Assembly: GCF_964204645.1 (NCBI RefSeq)
Contig: NW_027437438.1
Coordinates: 1 to 64,000, forward strand
Direction of reading: 5' to 3'
From: Tubulanus polymorphus
Taxonomy: Eukaryota; Animalia; Nemertea
DNA length: 64,000 nt
Made by a program: the position numbers and the translations under genes. Below, piece by piece: positions 62,104-64,000 of this stretch (position 1 is the stretch's first letter; every line of letters begins with the position of its first letter). Under the pieces are notes generated by a model. The model had not been told where the DNA came from, did not search any database, and worked only from the letters and a program-made list of their open reading frames with translations.

Positions 62104-62898
62104 CAGTCTACCTAGGATGTAACGTAGCAGTCGGGACCAGATAATTTATATGTTATAACCGAAATACGGTATACGTATAAACCGTAGAAACTTCGTTATA
62201 TCCGAATGTCATTTAAAGGCCGACTTCAAGTATAAAAGGTCCATCATCTGTCAGACATGGCAGTATCTCTGAACCCATGGAGCAGTCAAGAGCTCCAGCG
62301 TTGAAACTGGTATTTCCCTAACATCTCAGTCAGCTTACCGATTTGGACCCTCCTTTTTTGTCAGGGATATGTGTAAACATGTAATATAGTCATATCTATG
62401 GCTTAAAATTTAGTTTAAGCCCTCCTTTCCAATGAAGTTTAGATAGCTTGCGTGTATGCCTATGGTAGCCCTGGCAACAGTTGACGTTGGCGTACATGAT
62501 TCACGAGCTATGCTCATGTAGAAATCTATTTAGGTCAGCACACCATAAACCGTGATATAACGTATATGTTAGTTTTGTGATGGAAACTATCGATCACTCG
62601 ACATGACACGAGTGCGTACAGCAGTAGGGATATTACACTGTATTAACATTTTCGTTTTTAACTGTTATTTTATTTCTAATTTTTTAATTTATGCGATACA
62701 TTATATCCGAGGATAATTACGTTGATTTTACTAATTGGGACCGAATAATTTATACGATATAAGCGTCTACGTTATAAAAAGTATGGTATATTCAATGTTT
62801 TTTTAAGGCCTAATAGAAGGAAAAAAGTTTGGACTGGAAATGATACGATATAAGTGAATCTACGGTAAAGCCAATGACGTTACATCCAAGGTAGACTG
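62104..62898. mobile_element. Tc1/mariner-pogo-type MITE with TA target duplication
   Basis: TA-CAGTCTACCTAGGATGTAACGT ... ACGTTACATCCAAGGTAGACTG-TA. Confidence 0.8.
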
Positions 62899-64000
62899 TA
62901 GATACATAATAATCAACAACAAAAAAAAACAGGCAACAAAACATACTCTCACCCAAATAAGAATCACCAGTTGAAGGAGGTAAATAACTCAGTTTCCCTA
63001 AAGTAAATTATCCACACGAGCTTTTCGGGTATTGTGTTGGTGATACATTTAAGGTAGAAAAGTTGATTTGTTGGCACAAAGTAATGCACTCTTAATGCAG
63101 GTCTTAGGTTATTTGTTATACTTAACCTAAGAACCAAAAAAACCTAAGGCCCCTGAAATATTGAGCTGCTTCTTCCTACCTTAGGGAATATTGGGTATTT
63201 TTTCATGCATTCTATTTTGGTTTATTTTAAACGAAGACGAAGGTTTTTTTCAAAAGTTTCAATTGTAATTTTACCATTTATTCATTGAAATATTTAGCCC
63301 AGATATATTTTGCTTGCCAGTTGATTACTGCTGATGATGTAAACAAAAGAGACATCGAATATTTTGTCAATTGCAAGCTGTTGAGCTCTTAGAGAAGTTA
63401 TGTTCATCTCAATTTTCAATGTTTATCTCGTTTGAATGCCAGACAATTTTGGTATCCCTACATCGAGAGCAAGGGCTCGAGACTACACTAAGTTCACGTC
63501 GACAGTTCCACAACCTTCATGATAAGGGAAGTAGGCTAGACCTAAAGTCTATCCTTGTGGTTATGATTGCGGTGCATCAAACAGTTCATATCATCGCAGA
63601 TCTGGAACCCTGTGGTTTCTATGTGCTCAACTCTGCAAGTAACTGAGGTCAGGCAACAACTACATTCGGGAGTGAATAATACTAAAGTTTTCCCATTCTG
63701 GTCATTCACTTCTCTTTATTCCTCTAGATTTGGTTTTTTCTTGTATATTCTCAAAGTACACCGATTACTTAAAATGTATTTAAGCATGGAATTCATGTTT
63801 TCGTGGATTAATTTCTTATTTTGTGCACTTAACAAAGCTAGACATGCGCAAATGACTATTTGTGGATTTGATTATTGTCTCATGAGTCGTACGTACTGTG
63901 CTGCTCTTTTGCTTAAACACCGTCCAAATATAATGTTTCAACTTAAAAATTAGTTCTGACACTTTCTAATGTAAACATCGACTTGGGTATCCTCGGAAAA

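Overview
Eukaryotic, repeat-dense genomic DNA, probably from an invertebrate animal; no prokaryotic features or CRISPR array. The centre (~8.0-42.1 kb) is a very AT-rich cluster of endogenous Polinton/Maverick (polintovirus/adintovirus-like) sequences. Element 1 (8006-29907, all genes on the minus strand) encodes a protein-primed PolB with an EndoVII/HNH insert, a putative SSB, minor and major capsid proteins, several membrane proteins, an HNH nuclease of giant-virus type, an rve integrase with chromodomain and a packaging ATPase. It has no recognisable maturation protease, has fold-back termini, and carries a 4.67-kb internal tandem duplication. It is followed by a Polinton fragment split by a near-intact Penelope-like retroelement with two hammerhead ribozymes, then by a second, more decayed and rearranged Polinton. 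Nearly all Polinton genes start at TAAATG, often after a T-tract. This resembles poxvirus-type late initiators and suggests (inference) a helper-virus-dependent, virophage-like, possibly membrane-containing virus. The flanks hold a 7.2-kb inverted repeat, CACTA, Helitron, Harbinger, Sola-like, piggyBac, hAT, L2 and MITE remnants, a higher-order satellite, and one C2H2 zinc-finger exon that may belong to a host gene.
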